This document shows, one piece after another, positions 53,675-62,734 of a stretch of 64,000 bases of DNA. Positions within the stretch are counted from its first letter, which is position 1. Each line of letters opens with the position of its first letter. The notes under the pieces were generated by a model. That model ran no database searches. It saw only the letters and a program-made list of their open reading frames with translations, and was not told the DNA's origin. Made by a program: the position numbers and the translations under genes. The stretch spans positions 25,276 through 89,275 of the forward strand of contig JAKEFJ010000059.1 in NCBI GenBank assembly GCA_022616665.1. The letters are read 5' to 3'. Source of the DNA: Acidobacteriota bacterium. Its GTDB lineage: Bacteria; Acidobacteriota; Polarisedimenticolia; Gp22-AA2; AA152.

Positions 53675-54414
53675 TGACCACGCGTCCAAGCGAAGACTTT
53701 CTCGCCCAGCTGCGGGAACGAATTCTGTTCCTCAGGGAATCCGGAGTCGTGGCGCTGAATCGAGCGGAGGGACTTCAGCCGATCCCCTCACCGCTTGCGC
53801 CCGCGAGAGACTATCCGGCCCAGAGCGATCCCCTCCCGATCGCCGACCCCGAAGGCGCCCTGGAAGAGCTGCGGGCTGAAATTGGGGATTGCACCCGATG
53901 CCGGTTGTGCGAGAAGCGGACTCGACTGGTCTTCGGGACGGGAAATCCCCGCGCGCGGGTCATGTTCGTCGGAGAGGGCCCGGGGTATGAGGAGGACCGG
54001 CAGGGGCTGCCGTTCGTGGGCAAGGCGGGTCAGCTCCTGAATCGGATCATCCGGGCCATGGGAATGACCCGTGAGGAGGTCTATATCGCCAATGTCGTCA
54101 AGTGCCGCCCGCCCGACAATCGAACTCCGCTTCCTGACGAGACCGCGGTCTGCTCCGAGTTCCTGCGCGAGCAAATCAGCATCATCCGCCCCCAGGTGAT
54201 AGCCGCCCTGGGGAGCGTGGCGGTCGGCACGCTCCTGCAAACCTCAACCTCCATCAGCCGCCTGCGGGGAGAATTTCGAACCCTCGCAGACGGCACTCCG
54301 GTGATGCCCACGTTTCATCCGGCCTATCTGCTCCGGAATCCCGAGAAGAAAAAGGAGGTCTGGGAGGACATGAAAATCATCCTGGATTTCCTCGCCCGAA
54401 ATCCCCGGGTGTGA
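53671..54414 (+). CDS. Family 4 uracil-DNA glycosylase
   Basis: [47 protein letters not shown] and HPAYLLRNP blocks. Confidence 0.85.
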   Translation: MMTTRPSEDFLAQLRERILFLRESGVVALNRAEGLQPIPSPLAPARDYPAQSDPLPIADPEGALEELRAEIGDCTRCRLCEKRTRLVFGTGNPRARVMFVGEGPGYEEDRQGLPFVGKAGQLLNRIIRAMGMTREEVYIANVVKCRPPDNRTPLPDETAVCSEFLREQISIIRPQVIAALGSVAVGTLLQTSTSISRLRGEFRTLADGTPVMPTFHPAYLLRNPEKKKEVWEDMKIILDFLARNPRV

Positions 54415-56852
54415 GTCCCGAGAGCATGCCGGGCGCTCCAATTGCAAGCGTCGCGCTACCGCTGCCATTGGAAAAAACCCTCGCCTATCGAATTCCCCCG
54501 CAAATCGAATCCGGAGTGGTCCCGGGAGTCCGGGTCCTCGTTCCCTTGGGGGACTCTCGCCGCGTGGGCGTCGTGGTGGGACGGACGGAGGAGCCACCCC
54601 AACTTCTTAAGGACATTCTGGCGGTGCTGGATGACCAGCCGCTGCTCGATCAGCCCCTCCTGGATTTCACGCGCTGGGTGTCGGAATACTATTTCGCGCC
54701 ATGGGGATTGGTGCTCCAGGCCGCCCTTCCCATGGAGTTGCGCATCAAGGCTGTGCGCCGACTCCGGCTGCTCCCGGCCGGTCAGGAGGCGCTGGAGCAT
54801 CCCTTTTCAGATCTGACTCCCCATGCCAGGCGCATCCTGGATCTTCTGGCCAGGCACGGCGAGCTTGCCGAGTCTCGGACGAGGAGGCAGATCCCCCAGG
54901 CAAGCCCGCGATTGATCGAGGAACTCTCTAGCAGGGGATGGGTGGAGACCATCCGGGAGAGCCATCTCCCCCAACGGCGTCCTCGCTCGGAGGAGTGGGT
55001 GCGTGCGGCAGGAGACGCAAACCCAGCCAGGCCCAGGGGAGCCGCGCAGAAGCGCATCCTGGATCTCCTCGCAAAAGCGATCCTGCCCGTGCGCCTGGCG
55101 GAGCTTTGCGAGCTGGCCGGTGTGACTCCGGCTCGTATCCGAGCCCTGGCCAAGGGAGGCCGGATCCTGCTGGAGAGGCGCGATCTATCGAGGGAGCCGG
55201 ACTCCCTCCAGCTCCCTGGCGAACCTTCCCTGGTCCTCACGTCCGCCCAGTCCGACGCGATGGAGAAGATTCTACCGGTGCTCGAGAGGGGCGGGTTCCA
55301 GCCGTTCCTCCTCGAGGGAGTCACAGGCAGCGGCAAAACGGAGGTCTACCTGAGGGCGGCGGAAGCGGCGCGGGAGAGGGGATTGCAGACTCTCTATCTC
55401 GTGCCGGAGATCGGTCTAACTCCACTGCTTGCCGGAGAGCTCAGGAAACGGTTCGGAGAATCACTGGTGGTCCTTCATTCCGGTCTCTCGGAAAGGACCC
55501 GCTGGGAAGGTCTTCGCAGGATTCGGGAGGGACGGGTGACGCTGGTGCTGGGCACCCGCTCAGCGCTCTTCGCGCCGCTTCCACGCCTGGGTCTGATTGT
55601 GGTGGATGAGGAACAGGATCCCTCTTACTACCAGACCGAGTCGCCCCGCTACCATGCCCGCGATGGCGCCCTGATGCGCGCCAAAGGGTTGAGAGCCGCG
55701 GTCATCCTGGGCTCCGCAACACCCTCCATGGAAGCGGTGGCCGCGAGCCGCAAAGGAAAATTCGAACACCTCACTTTGCCCGTCCGTGTTCAGGCCCGAG
55801 ACCTTCCCGAGGTCCGTCGCGTGGACATGAGAGAAGAGTTCCGCTCCACCGGCACGGCCTCGCTGCTTTCCAGAGAGCTTGCTGAAGCAGTCGCCTCCCT
55901 GAGGCAATCGGGAAATCAGGGGATGCTCTTGCTCAACCGACGCGGATACGCCACCTTCCTGATATGCCGTGCCTGCGGGTCCACTCTAACTTGCCCCTCG
56001 TGCGCCATAGCCCTGACTTATCATCGCGCCGAAGAGCGGCTTCTTTGCCACTATTGCAATCGCCGCCGGAAAGTCCCTTCCGCCTGCCCGCAATGCGGAT
56101 CCCAACACCTTCACCTGGGCGGCTCGGGCACCGAACGGCTGGAGGAAGTCATCCGTCACCTGGATCCGGATCTGCGGGTCGGAAGGTTGGATCGAGATTC
56201 GGCCAAGGGAGCCGCGCAAGCGCGAATTCTGGAGGGCTTCCAGCGGCAGGAATTGGACCTGCTGGTGGGAACTCAAATGCTGGCCAAGGGACACGATTTC
56301 CCCGGTGTGACCCTGGTGGGGATTCTGTTCGCCGACTCGTTGCTGGCGCTTCCCGAGTTTCGCGCCGCCGAGCGGACCTATCAGCTGCTCGCGCAGATGG
56401 CCGGACGGGCCGGACGCGGGATGCGTCCGGGCAGGGTCATCGTGCAGGCGTACGACACCGACCATCCGGCGTTGATCGCCGCCGCCACGCATCAACCGGA
56501 GGTATTCTACGAGAAGGAACTGCGGATTCGTCGCTTGGCCGAATACCCGCCCTGGGTGTCCCTCTTGCAGATTCGGGTGGAGCACCGGAATGCCAGAAAG
56601 GGCGAGGAGCTGGCATCGCGGTTGGCTAAAGGCCTGCGCGGAGTCTCCGAGGGTCGCTTCCGGGTTCTTGGGCCCGCTCCAGCACCACTGTCTCGCCTGA
56701 AGGGGATGTTTCGCCGGCAAATCCTCTTGAAGGGTCCAAGCCGACGGGCGATGTCGGAGGGAGTTCGCAAGGTGCTTGGTAGGGGCGCCTCGCCGTCTGG
56801 GAGAATCCGGCGGGGAGTGATCGTGGAGCCGGATCCGCAGTCACTCCTGTAG
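54411..56852 (+). CDS. priA: Primosomal protein N' (replication restart helicase PriA)
   Basis: GTGA overlap with the upstream gene. GVTGSGKTEVYL Walker A, VVDEEQD, Cys-rich zinc region CRACGSTLTCPSCAIALTYH...CHYC...CPQCGS, MLAKGHDFPGVTLV; 813 aa. Confidence 0.9.
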   Translation: MSPESMPGAPIASVALPLPLEKTLAYRIPPQIESGVVPGVRVLVPLGDSRRVGVVVGRTEEPPQLLKDILAVLDDQPLLDQPLLDFTRWVSEYYFAPWGLVLQAALPMELRIKAVRRLRLLPAGQEALEHPFSDLTPHARRILDLLARHGELAESRTRRQIPQASPRLIEELSSRGWVETIRESHLPQRRPRSEEWVRAAGDANPARPRGAAQKRILDLLAKAILPVRLAELCELAGVTPARIRALAKGGRILLERRDLSREPDSLQLPGEPSLVLTSAQSDAMEKILPVLERGGFQPFLLEGVTGSGKTEVYLRAAEAARERGLQTLYLVPEIGLTPLLAGELRKRFGESLVVLHSGLSERTRWEGLRRIREGRVTLVLGTRSALFAPLPRLGLIVVDEEQDPSYYQTESPRYHARDGALMRAKGLRAAVILGSATPSMEAVAASRKGKFEHLTLPVRVQARDLPEVRRVDMREEFRSTGTASLLSRELAEAVASLRQSGNQGMLLLNRRGYATFLICRACGSTLTCPSCAIALTYHRAEERLLCHYCNRRRKVPSACPQCGSQHLHLGGSGTERLEEVIRHLDPDLRVGRLDRDSAKGAAQARILEGFQRQELDLLVGTQMLAKGHDFPGVTLVGILFADSLLALPEFRAAERTYQLLAQMAGRAGRGMRPGRVIVQAYDTDHPALIAAATHQPEVFYEKELRIRRLAEYPPWVSLLQIRVEHRNARKGEELASRLAKGLRGVSEGRFRVLGPAPAPLSRLKGMFRRQILLKGPSRRAMSEGVRKVLGRGASPSGRIRRGVIVEPDPQSLL

Positions 56853-56993
56853 GAGGCCGCCCGCTGTCGCCGTCGCCGAATACGCTATACTGACCTCCTT
56901 CCAGCATCCGGCCGAACCGGTTCGTTTTCAGGATCGAGGGTGCGGGGGCTCGACTCCTGCAGGGTTTCGAGAAATTCTTGACACGAGAAGAGC

Positions 56994-58919
56994 ATGTGCG
57001 GCATTGCTGGCATCCTGCGATTTAACGGCGAGCCTGCTCAGTCGCGGGAAGCAGAGCTCATGGCTCGAGTCCTGTCCCATCGCGGTCCCGACGGCCAGGG
57101 GATTCACCTGGACGGCCCGCTGGCCTTCTCCCACCGGCGCCTCAGCATCATCGATCTCAGCTCGCGGGCGAACCAGCCCATGTCCAACGAGGATGGGACA
57201 GTCTGGCTGATCCACAACGGGGAAATCTACAACTACCTAGAGCTTCGACCGGAGCTGGAAGCCAAGGGACATGTGTTTCGCTCCTCCGGTGACAGCGAGG
57301 TCATCCTGCATGCCTACGAGGAGGAGGGAGAGGATTGCGTCCAACGCTTCAATGGGATGTGGGCGTTCGCCCTGTGGGACTCCCGCCGCCAAAAACTGCT
57401 GCTCTCCAGGGACCGGCTTGGAGAAAAACCGCTCTATTACGTCGTCGACTCCGGCGGGGTGCTATTCGCTTCGGAGGCGAAGGCGCTTCTGGCCTTGAGG
57501 CCGGAGCTTGCCGAGCCCTCGCTGCCGGAGATAGCGCAGTTCCTGGCAACCGGACTCACCGACACGGGTGGAGCTACCATGTTTCGCAGAGTCCGACAGC
57601 TCCTCCCGGGTCATCATCTCGTCGCGAGCGTGGAGGGGCCACACACAGTGAAGCGCTACTGGGCCGCCCCGGAGCCGGGGGAGGTGGAGGCGATTTCCAT
57701 GCATCGCGCCGCCCAGAGGCTCCGGGAGCTCCTGGAAGACTCGGTCCGGCTGCGATTGAGGAGTGATGTCCCGGTGGGGACCTGCCTTTCCGGCGGCCTC
57801 GATTCCAGCTCGCTGGTGGCGGTGGAAAGCGGTCAGCTGGGATCCCAGCCAATTCATACCTTTTCCTCCGTATTCCAGGAACGCGAATTCAGCGAAGGGC
57901 ATTATGTGGATGCCGTGAACTCCGCATTCACCACGGTCCCGCACCGGGTCACCCCCACTCCCGATTTTTCCGAACTGCTAGAGCGAATCCTGTGGCACCA
58001 GGAGGTCCCGATTCCCGGCCCCGGGATCTATCCTCAATGGTGCGTCATGGGCCTGGCCGAGGGCAAAGTCAAAGTGCTCCTGGACGGCCAGGGAGCCGAT
58101 GAGCTCCTGGGCGGGTACTTCTACTTCTACCCGGATCATTTTGCGGACCTCCTGCGAACCTCCTTCCGCCCAGCCGGGCTCTACCAGCTCGCGATGGCGC
58201 TGGCCAGAGTCTGCCGCCGTTCCAGTCCCGCCGAAACGGCCCGTCTTTTGAAGGCCGGGTTCCGCAGGTTGCAAGGCCGTCCCTTCGAGGCAGGGTTCAA
58301 GGGCGGTTGGTACACCTCCTATCTGACAGTCGAGGCGGCTCGGGAAGTCACGGAGTCCCTCGGCCCGGCGGCGGAGCCGGGGGCCGGGTATACCGCCACA
58401 TCCCTGCATCGAGAGGTGGTCCAAACCAGTCTGCCGATCCTCCTGCATTACGAAGATAGAAGCGCCATGGCACATGGCATCGAAACTCGCGTGCCGTACC
58501 TGGACCACCGCCTGGTGGAGTTCTGCATGCGGCTGCCGGGAACCCTCCGCATTCACGCGGGAGTGACCAAGGCGCCGCTGCGCCGCGCGATGAATCCCGC
58601 GCTCCCACCGGCCGTGGCGCGGCGAATCGACAAGCTGGGATACCCGGAGCCTCTGGTGCACTGGCTTCGCCGGGAAGCGCACGGGAAGGTCGAGGAGATA
58701 CTCCTTTCGCAGCGAGCCCGAGCCCGGGGAATCCTCTCCCCGGAGGCGGTCGAGAGCGATCTCCGAGAGCACCGACTGGGTCGCAATCGGATGATCCCCC
58801 TGTACCGGGCGCTGACGCTGGAGGTCTGGTTTCGGACCTTCGTGGATGGGGAAGGAATGTCGCGATTCGGAACCTACCCCTCGCGGGGAGCGAAGGAAGC
58901 CTGCACCACTAGGGGATGA
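56994..58919 (+). CDS. Asparagine synthase (glutamine-hydrolysing)-like amidotransferase, copy 2
   Basis: MCGIAG nucleophile, HNGEIYNY, SGGLDSS PP-loop; 641 aa. Its 3' end overlaps the selD 3' end by 11 nt (convergent). Confidence 0.85.
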   Translation: MCGIAGILRFNGEPAQSREAELMARVLSHRGPDGQGIHLDGPLAFSHRRLSIIDLSSRANQPMSNEDGTVWLIHNGEIYNYLELRPELEAKGHVFRSSGDSEVILHAYEEEGEDCVQRFNGMWAFALWDSRRQKLLLSRDRLGEKPLYYVVDSGGVLFASEAKALLALRPELAEPSLPEIAQFLATGLTDTGGATMFRRVRQLLPGHHLVASVEGPHTVKRYWAAPEPGEVEAISMHRAAQRLRELLEDSVRLRLRSDVPVGTCLSGGLDSSSLVAVESGQLGSQPIHTFSSVFQEREFSEGHYVDAVNSAFTTVPHRVTPTPDFSELLERILWHQEVPIPGPGIYPQWCVMGLAEGKVKVLLDGQGADELLGGYFYFYPDHFADLLRTSFRPAGLYQLAMALARVCRRSSPAETARLLKAGFRRLQGRPFEAGFKGGWYTSYLTVEAAREVTESLGPAAEPGAGYTATSLHREVVQTSLPILLHYEDRSAMAHGIETRVPYLDHRLVEFCMRLPGTLRIHAGVTKAPLRRAMNPALPPAVARRIDKLGYPEPLVHWLRREAHGKVEEILLSQRARARGILSPEAVESDLREHRLGRNRMIPLYRALTLEVWFRTFVDGEGMSRFGTYPSRGAKEACTTRG

Positions 58920-59961
58920 TCTCGATGACGGAGGGGTGGGCAGGAAACACCTCGCCGATTTTGGCGGCGCGGGACTCGCCGGTGCTCAGGAGGGCCGAGA
59001 GCAGCGCGTCGGCGGATTCCGGAGGGACGGCCATCAAGAGTCCTCCGGAAGTTTGCGGGTCGGCCAAAAGCGTCAGCAATTCCTCGGGCAGCATCCCCTG
59101 CACGCGCAGCTTTCCTTCCACCAGTCGGAGGTTGCATCGGGTCACCCCGGTTCCTGTCCCTTTCCGTATGAGATCCAGACTCTCCTCATAGTAGGGGATG
59201 CGGCTTGACGACAGACGGATTCCCATGGCGCTTCCTTCCGCCATTTCCAGGGTGTGGCCGAGAACTCCGAAACCGGTGATATCGGTGCAGGCATGCACGC
59301 CATGCTCCAGCATGAGCCTGCAGGCTGCAGCATTCAACCGAGTCATTTCGCCCACCGCATCCTTCATGGTGGCCTCGCTGACCCGGCGGTTCCGATACGC
59401 GCTGATGAGGGCGCCGGTGCCGACCGGCTTGGTTAGCAGGAGGACATCCCCGGCCTGCGCGGTGGAATTGCGCACCACTTGACGCGCGTCTACCACTCCG
59501 GTGACCGAGAGCCCATATTTCAGCTCGGGATCCCGTACCGTGTGACCCCCCACCAGGGCAGCTCCCGCTTCCTTGACCTTGGCCGCTCCGCCGCGCAGGA
59601 TGCCTGCCAACAGCGACCGATCGATCCCTTCACCGGGAAAGCAGCAGATGTTCAATGCGGTGAGGGGCCGTCCCCCCATGGCATAGACATCGGATAGTGC
59701 GTTGGCCGCGGCAATTTGGCCGAATTGATCCGGGTCGTCCACGACCGGAGTAATGAAGTCGACGGTCTGGACCAGGGCCATGTTTCCCTCCAGGCGGTAA
59801 ACTCCCGCGTCATCGGAGGTTCCGAATCCTACGAGCAGGTCCGCGTCGCCGACCGGCTCCAGTCCATGCACAATGGCCCTCAAGTCCTCCGGACTGAGCT
59901 TGGCCGCTCAACCGCCGGAGGAAGAGAATTCCACCAGCCGCGTGCGCGTGCTGAATCTCAC
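58909..59961 (-). CDS. selD: Selenide, water dikinase (selenophosphate synthetase), predicted selenoprotein with in-frame TGA (Sec) at 59908-59910
   Basis: The ORF-track ORF 58909..59883 (DDAGVYRL, GGHTV, TDITGFG, DPQTSGGLL blocks) lacks the catalytic N-terminal loop. The same frame continues upstream through one TGA into ...RLVEFSSSGG-U-AAKLSPEDL, which matches E. coli ...SHGAGCGCKISPKVL. GTG 59959-59961 is preceded by AAGGAG plus a 6-nt spacer. Confidence 0.8.
59875..59905 (-). promoter_or_regulatory. Candidate bacterial SECIS hairpin immediately 3' of the selD UGA
   Basis: The mRNA GGCCAAGCUCAGUCCGGAGGACUUGAGGGCC starts 3 nt after UGA. It can form an imperfect 10-12 bp stem (GGCC/GGCC, CAAG/CUUG or CUCA/UGAG, GUCC/GGAC) with a small G/U-containing apical loop. 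Folded by eye only. Confidence 0.35.
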
Positions 59962-59998
59962 TTCCGACTCCTTCTTGAAGGGGGCCAGTTCGCAGGAA

Positions 59999-60007
59999 AT
60001 CATAGCA
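59999..60007 (-). promoter_or_regulatory. Possible extended -10 element (TGcTATGAT) for selD
   Basis: The minus strand reads TGCTATGAT, 38 nt upstream of the proposed GTG start. No convincing -35. Pattern match only. Confidence 0.2.
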
Positions 60008-60046
60008 CAGCGGGATTGTTCCTCCGGCTCGGGAGGCGGCGTTGGG

Positions 60047-60052
60047 TATAAT
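60047..60052 (+). promoter_or_regulatory. Possible -10 element (TATAAT) for the aroDE operon
   Basis: A perfect TATAAT in a GC-rich divergent intergenic region, 40 nt upstream of the proposed aroDE start. No good -35. Confidence 0.2.
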
Positions 60053-60091
60053 GAGAGCGCACCCCAGAGAGGACCCACGAGAGGGGGAGCC

Positions 60092-61558
60092 TTGCTGATT
60101 CTGGTCGCCCTGGCCGAGTCCGTCGATGCGCTGCTGCGGGAGTACGTGGCGGCGCCGGCGCGCACCGATGCTGTCGAGCTCCGGCTGGATCGGCTGACTG
60201 ATTCCGACCTTACACCCCTGTTCAAGGCAACCGGAAAGCCCCGCATCGCCACTTGCAGAAGTCGTGCTCAGGGCGGTTTTTTCGGGGGCAGTGAGGAAGA
60301 GCGTCGCGCGGTGCTCAAGCGCGCCATCGACCTGGGGGCGGAGTTTGTGGACTTGGAGTTCGAGAGCGACGATGAGGAGATCCTGGGCCGAACGGACAAG
60401 AGCAGGCCATTGCTTTCCTATCACCACCGCGGCGGCACACCCCTGAATCTGGAAGCGATTTACCGTCGGATGGCGCAACGGTCTCCGGAGGCTATTCTGA
60501 AGCTGATTCCCTACGCCGACGCCTGTTCGGACAATCTGCGCGTGCGCGGGCTCCTGCACCTGGCGCGCGCGGAAGGCAGGGATCTGATCGCCTTCTGCAT
60601 GGGGGAGAGGGGGAAGGTGAGCCGAATCCTGGCCCGAGCGTGGGGCTCGTGGGGTGTCTATGCTCCCGCCCGATCCGAATCGACCACCGCGCCCGGCCAG
60701 CTCCTCCTGGACGAGCTCGAAGAGGTATTCCGGGAGGGGGAGCTGCACGAGAGCTCGCCGCTCACCGGCGTCCTGGGCCACCCGGTCTCCGGGTCGCTTT
60801 CTCCGCTCCTTTACAATCGGGCCTACCGTGAGCTGGGCCTGAACGGATGTTTTCTACCCATCGATGCCGAGGGAGTGGCGGAGTTCCTTCCGCTGCTCAG
60901 CGATCTGCCCATCACGGGGTTGGCGGTAACCCACCCGCACAAGCAATCCTTTGCCACCCATTGTGACGAGCTGGAACCCGCTGCGGGGGCGGTGGGAGCT
61001 GTGAATACGGTGGTCCGGCGATGGAATCGGCTCGTGGGATACAACACGGATATTGAAGGGGCCCTGCGGCCTCTATCGGCATTGATGGATCTGCGGGGAG
61101 CGAAAGTCGGAATTCTGGGATGTGGAGGCAGCGCCACGGCCGCGGCCTACGGCCTCACCCGGGCCGGGGCCCGAGTGATCTTGTTCGGCCGCAATCCGCA
61201 GCCAAGCGAGGCGGCCGCAGCCAGGGCCGGCTGCACAGCCCAAACATGGGACAAGGCGTCATCCTTCCGCGGCGACGTGCTGATCAACGCCACTCCGGTG
61301 GGGATGGCTCCTTCCCCTGCGGAAAGCCCGCTCTCCTGGGAGAAGGCCAGAGCCGAGATCGCCTTCGACTTTGTTTACAATCCTCGCGTGACTGCGTTTC
61401 TGCGGGAGGCCAGGCTCGCGGGGGCGCGGATTCTCACCGGAGACTCCATGTTCCTGGAGCAGGCGCTCCTGCAATTCGAAATCCTGACGGGGAGGGCAGC
61501 GCCGCGAGCCTTGTTCGAGGAGATTCTCTCCTCTCAGCTCCAAGGGAACGACTCATGA
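60092..61558 (+). CDS. aroDE: Bifunctional 3-dehydroquinate dehydratase (type I) / shikimate 5-dehydrogenase
   Basis: The ORF-track start 59873 runs antisense into selD; I chose in-frame TTG 60092 after GAGGGGGAG (start uncertain). AroD part: AVELRLDRL, ATCRS..QGG, FVDLEF, LLSYHH..GTP, FCMGERGKVSRIL. AroE part: GVLGHPVSGSLSPLLYN, GLAVTHPHKQ, AVNTVV, GYNTDIEG, GCGGSATAAAY. Confidence 0.75.
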   Translation: MLILVALAESVDALLREYVAAPARTDAVELRLDRLTDSDLTPLFKATGKPRIATCRSRAQGGFFGGSEEERRAVLKRAIDLGAEFVDLEFESDDEEILGRTDKSRPLLSYHHRGGTPLNLEAIYRRMAQRSPEAILKLIPYADACSDNLRVRGLLHLARAEGRDLIAFCMGERGKVSRILARAWGSWGVYAPARSESTTAPGQLLLDELEEVFREGELHESSPLTGVLGHPVSGSLSPLLYNRAYRELGLNGCFLPIDAEGVAEFLPLLSDLPITGLAVTHPHKQSFATHCDELEPAAGAVGAVNTVVRRWNRLVGYNTDIEGALRPLSALMDLRGAKVGILGCGGSATAAAYGLTRAGARVILFGRNPQPSEAAAARAGCTAQTWDKASSFRGDVLINATPVGMAPSPAESPLSWEKARAEIAFDFVYNPRVTAFLREARLAGARILTGDSMFLEQALLQFEILTGRAAPRALFEEILSSQLQGNDS

Positions 61559-62598
61559 TCCCCCGGAGAGGTACCTACCCTTCCTCACGATACCAACGCC
61601 AGATAGCCCTCCCACCGATGGGGGAGCTGGGCCAGAAGCGCTTGCGAGAAGCGCGGGTCACCCTGATCGGAATGGGCGCGCTGGGGTGTGTCCAGGCCGC
61701 CTATCTGGCACGCTCCGGCGTCGGGTTGCTGCGGCTGGTGGACAGGGACGTGGTGGAAGAAGGGAATCTCCAGCGTCAGCTGCTGTTCGACGAGTCGGAC
61801 GCCCTGGAGGGCGCCCCCAAAGCGGAGGCGGCTCGTCGACACCTCCAGTCGGCCAACTCCGAAATCGTCCTGGAGAGCCGGGTGCGCCACCTGGAGCCGG
61901 GAAACGCGCGCGAGCTGCTTTCGGGAAGCGATGTGATTCTGGATGGCACCGACAACTTCGAAACTCGATTCCTGATTAACGACTATTCCATCGCAACCGG
62001 GACTCCCTGGGTTTACGGCGCCTGCGTGGGAACCGTGGGGATCGCGGCGCCGCTGATTCCGGGACGCAGCGCCTGCCTCAGATGCCTGCTCTCGCCCGAG
62101 TCATCGACACCGGAGCCCACCTGTGAAAGTGCGGGCATCCTGGGGCCCGTTGCGGGGATCATCGGATCGCTCCAGGCCGCCGCCGCCCTGCGGATCCTGG
62201 TGGAGCGAGCCGCCTGGGATCCCTGGGGGCCAATCCGCGTGGAAGCGTGGGACGGGATGCCGACCGTACTTCCTCGCAGCAAGCCCGATCCTCGCTGCCC
62301 GGCGTGCGCTGAGAGGAAACTGGAGTTTCTGGAGGGTCGCAGGAGCGCAGCGCAGGAGGTCCTGTGCGGGAGAGAGGCGGTGCAAGTGCTTCCATACAGC
62401 CGTGCGCCTCGAGATCTGTGCGAAGCGGAGAGAATCCTGAGCCGGCACGGCGAGGTGCGAAGGACCCCGTACCTTCTACGCGCCACGCTACAAGGACATC
62501 ATTTTTCCATATTCCCGGATGGCCGGGTCATCGTGTTCGGAACCTCCGATCCGCTCCGGGCGCGGGCTCTGGTAGACCGGTACCTGGCCGGATTCTAA
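61555..62598 (+). CDS. ThiF/MoeB/HesA-family E1-like adenylyltransferase with C-terminal extension
   Basis: ATGA overlap with aroDE (ORF-track 61120 over-extended). RYQRQIALPPMGELGQKRL, LIGMGALGC (nucleotide loop), LVDRDVVEEGNLQRQ, two CxxC pairs (CLRC, CPAC), C-terminal FPDGRVIVFGTSDPLRARALVDRYL as in long ThiF/MoeB forms. Confidence 0.75.
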   Translation: MIPRRGTYPSSRYQRQIALPPMGELGQKRLREARVTLIGMGALGCVQAAYLARSGVGLLRLVDRDVVEEGNLQRQLLFDESDALEGAPKAEAARRHLQSANSEIVLESRVRHLEPGNARELLSGSDVILDGTDNFETRFLINDYSIATGTPWVYGACVGTVGIAAPLIPGRSACLRCLLSPESSTPEPTCESAGILGPVAGIIGSLQAAAALRILVERAAWDPWGPIRVEAWDGMPTVLPRSKPDPRCPACAERKLEFLEGRRSAAQEVLCGREAVQVLPYSRAPRDLCEAERILSRHGEVRRTPYLLRATLQGHHFSIFPDGRVIVFGTSDPLRARALVDRYLAGF

Positions 62599-62670
62599 GG
62601 GAGGCGAAGTTTGACACCCGCAGCAGGGGTGGTCTAGCATTTCGGGGCATTCCGAGGCCGGGCGGCCGTC

Positions 62671-62704
62671 AGACCTCTTCGCCAGGAAGAGGTCTTTTTA
62701 TTTG
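62671..62704 (+). terminator. Rho-independent terminator after the thiF-like gene
   Basis: Perfect 10-bp stem AGACCTCTTC / GAAGAGGTCT with loop GCCAG, followed by TTTTTATTT. Confidence 0.8.
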
Positions 62705-62734
62705 CGGGAATCGAGACAATCAGAGGAGAGGCCG

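Noticed and set aside
56913-56928. 12-bp palindrome CGAACCGGTTCG followed by TTTT in the priA/asnB-like gap. I considered it as a terminator or operator.
   Set aside because: As a hairpin it gives at most a 4-bp stem with a 4-nt loop, which is too weak for an intrinsic terminator. As an operator it has no supporting second copy or adjacent regulator gene in the window.
56978-56983. Perfect TTGACA hexamer just upstream of the second asnB-like gene.
   Set aside because: It is only 10 nt from the ATG (56994), so there is no room for a -10 element and transcript start upstream of the coding sequence. It is probably a chance match.
58909-58919. 11-nt overlap of the convergent 3' ends of the asnB-like gene and selD.
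   Set aside because: This is real in the sequence but is a common consequence of compact genomes. No hairpin or other signal is visible there.
60001-60003. Alternative ATG start for selD (MISCELAPFKKESEV...), 14 codons upstream of the GTG I chose.
   Set aside because: No SD-like sequence precedes it, and it would place 31 residues before Sec (E. coli has 16 before Cys17). The GTG at 59961 has AAGGAG at ideal spacing. This remains unresolved without data.
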